Shown one piece after another: positions 61,701-64,000 of a DNA stretch of 64,000 bases. Position 1 is the stretch's first letter; every line of letters starts with the position of its first letter. Source of the DNA: Antedon mediterranea (lineage: Eukaryota > Animalia > Echinodermata); the NCBI RefSeq assembly GCF_964355755.1, contig NC_092674.1, positions 22,506,001-22,570,000 of the forward strand, in the 5' to 3' direction. The notes under the pieces were generated by a model. The model made no database searches. It saw nothing but the letters and a program-made list of their open reading frames with translations, and was not told the origin of the DNA. The translations under genes were made by a program, and so were the position numbers.

Positions 61701-63329
61701 GTATGAACAAGTAATTTGACCAATCACAAGCGACAGATTAAATGATTTTTTGCTTATGATTAGTCAAATTTTGTTGCGTATGTACTTGCGTTGTGTCCTA
61801 TGTACCGAAACAATCTAACAACAAGATGCTGATCTCCGGAGTTCAAAGGGTTTATCTGGGGCTGGGACATGTTTAGCACCAAGCCCCTTTAACAGACATG
61901 GCGCGCCGCGGAGAATTATACAGTACAGTACTGAACTGCTATTTTTCAGCCAGACATAAGATCAAAGCACTTTTACAAGTTCCTATCTTTGCAAGGAGAG
62001 CTCAATGTTCTGTCATTAGATTGCCTTGTATGTACTAATTACTTTAGAGCATAGTGGAGCATTATTGTTTAAACTTGCTTGTGGAGCTCCTAATATTATC
62101 TGTGACATGACAAAGAAGCACAAACTTAACTTGAATTATTAATGAAACATTTGTTTATATTATTTTCTAAACTTTTCATATCTGTAAAGTTAAAGTGTAT
62201 TTGTTTTGAAGAATATCAGATACTAGGTAGATAAACAACAATCACAATGTTTTCACCTTTTGTATTGGATCAAGAATGTATAGTATGATTTTAATATTTA
62301 TAAACATAGATAATTTATTGAAGTAATTACTTGAAATGTATTTATGAAAACAAATTATGGAAAGAAGAATAAATATCAGATCAAAGTTCCTGTGATGTCT
62401 TGCTCGCCCTAATTTTACGCTGGGTATTATCCTCATACATTTTATGGCCCCTTAATATTTTGTTTCATTATTTTGTGATTCGTATTTGTTTGATATTCGA
62501 TGCAAAAGTTTTGAAAATGTTTGCGTGAATTTTGTGATGACGTCAATGTACCTAACTGTAACTGTAATAAACTCTAATATAATTTTGAAATAGTTTGAAT
62601 AAATCTACTTACTTTTTAGGTTACATGGACATGCACAGATATCTAAATGCTACTGGCAGACAAATATTATATTCATGCAGTTGGCCTTTTTATGAAAAGT
62701 TGACACAGAAAATGGTAAGTAATTATGATGTTTCATTTCTTTTCATCAAATTGGATCTGTACGCTATTCCAAGTGTGACACAGCTGGTAGAATTGTTGAT
62801 AAACAACTTAGGGGCTGAAGTACTGTAGCCCATACTGCCTACTCTTTTTGAAAAATACAGACATGTACACTGGATCTGCAGTTTTAGATCCTTGATTATT
62901 TTTCTTAAAATTTTATTTAGTTTTATGGTATATTTAACATCACAATACACATTACAAAACAATTCATAAAAAAGCTAATTATGAAAGAAAAACAATTCGA
63001 AATGTTCAAAGATCAGGCCTGGTCTGAAAATATGTTTGCTATCACCTGTGCCGATATTAAGCAGTGGTATTCAACGTTCTCATATTCAGTGAAGTTTCTA
63101 ATTATGTTCAGATATTTCTTGCTTTTATAGTCAAGTCTAAACTGATTTTTTTTAAACTTATTTTCAGCCAGACTACAATAATATTGCAAAGTATTGCAAT
63201 ATGTGGCGTAATTCAATGGATATTGAAGATTCATGGAATAGCATTTTATGGATTGTTGATGATTTCGCAAATAATCAGGATGCTCACGCTGAGGCTGCTG
63301 GTCCAGGTCACTTCAATGACCCTGATATG
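55770..63329 (+). CDS. NAGA: Alpha-N-acetylgalactosaminidase-like GH27 lysosomal glycosidase, first five coding exons; continues past the window
   Basis: Exons 55770-55942, 59232-59406, 61468-61642, 62620-62714, 63168-63329, all GT-AG and in phase. Motifs [47 protein letters not shown] (nucleophile), YSCSWP, CNMWRN..DIEDSW (acid/base), [10 protein letters not shown]. Confidence 0.93.
56103..56281. mobile_element. Harbinger-type MITE (TTA TSD); degenerate relative near 61705-61800
   Basis: TTA-AGCGTGGTTCCCACTAG..ACGCAAGGACGTAA ... TTACGTCCTTGCGT..CTAGTGGGAACCAAGCT-TTA. Confidence 0.75.
56338..59004. mobile_element. Non-autonomous Kolobok-like transposon (TTAA TSD) in the first coding intron of NAGA
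   Basis: TTAA-AGGGGGGTTCCGGGTTTAAAAT ... ATTTTAAACCCAGAATCCCCCT-TTAA (20/22 TIR match). Confidence 0.78.
57367..58448. mobile_element. Mutator/Foldback-like non-autonomous element nested in the Kolobok-like element
   Basis: 10-bp TSD CTGTTTTAAC (57357-57366, 58449-58458); 90-bp TIRs starting GGGTGTCACGAAAGCTCAGACC, built of short subrepeats. Confidence 0.85.
59689..61149 (-). mobile_element. Non-autonomous Helitron-like element (about 1.46 kb)
   Basis: Minus strand reads A|TCTATATAT ... CTAG|T with no TSD; 13-bp hairpin at 59689-59725; the flanks rejoin into a copy of the 282-bp MITE. Confidence 0.7.
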
Positions 63330-63534
63330 GTAAGTTTAGAACCACAATTACCATTTGCCCCTGATGCTTATGCTTCCCATTTCCTGGAAATATTAAAGCA
63401 ACTGTATTCAATGTTAAAATTCTACTTTGATCACGCAATCAGCACAGGTGAAATGTTGTACAGCGTACTGTTACGACCACTGTGTTCATGGCGTGGATTC
63501 TAATTTGTGACATGCAAGGTTTTTTCTGTATTAT

Positions 63535-63816
63535 TATTGTCCCCCAAAAACATGGAAAATGAAAACTAATAAAAAAAAAGACTTTGAATAGGCCATTTCG
63601 CAGTTTTAATAAACATCTGTAGGGGAAAAAAATAATGTTTTTACTTTTTACTATAAAAAGACAAAATAAATGTTCAACTAAAGCCCATTGACTTTCAGTC
63701 AATTTGACTATTTAAATTCCAGTTTTTCTAGTGAATAACTCTGATGTGATATTAAAATGACATATTCAACAACAAAAATGTGTACAAAATTGTTAAGGCT
63801 GGGGGACAATACATCT
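63535..63816. mobile_element. Copy of the 282-bp TTAA MITE
   Basis: tattgtcccccaaaaacatg ... ggggacaatacatct-ttaa. Confidence 0.7.
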
Positions 63817-63819
63817 TTA

Positions 63820-63957
63820 AAACTCTGTCTACACTATCAAACTTTATGTGGCAAAAAAATGTGCTGTGCCCATATGGAAATGATGATTTCATGCCACTAC
63901 CATATTTGGGCACATTACACTTTTTTGTCAAACTAGTTTTATGTAATGTAGGCAGAG
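63820..63957. mobile_element. Copy of the 160-bp Harbinger-type MITE
   Basis: ctctgtctacactatcaaactttatgtg ... ctaccatatttgggcaca. Confidence 0.7.
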
Positions 63958-64000
63958 AAAGGCACTTTGTGTTGATATCTTACGTCTATGTTCTTGCATT

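Overview
AT-rich, intron-rich animal DNA; a marine invertebrate, possibly an echinoderm, is my inference. Five genes were reconstructed by hand. (1-2) A tandem pair of Ig-superfamily type I receptors 7121 bp apart. Copy A has a neutral TM and a long tail with seven YxxPhi motifs. Copy B has an Arg in its TM and a 13-aa tyrosine-free tail. They are identical by eye over 3079 bp of upstream DNA, exon 1, intron and signal peptide, which is the layout of a paired inhibitory/activating receptor system. (3) A minus-strand gene of at least 30 exons (about 1775 aa) fusing a Sib/'integrin beta-like' N-terminus and a bacterial-type Ig-like domain to FCGBP/zonadhesin-type VWD-C8-TIL modules, HYR, EGF and CUB domains; its 3' end is unresolved. 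(4) A single-coding-exon two-Ig-domain receptor. (5) The first five coding exons of a GH27 alpha-N-acetylgalactosaminidase-like gene. Non-coding DNA holds many non-autonomous transposons (Kolobok-, hAT-, Mutator-, Harbinger-, Tc1- and Helitron-like), tRNA-derived SINEs, LINE ends and two repeats carrying minimal hammerhead ribozyme motifs. Family assignments are from motif recognition, not database searches.
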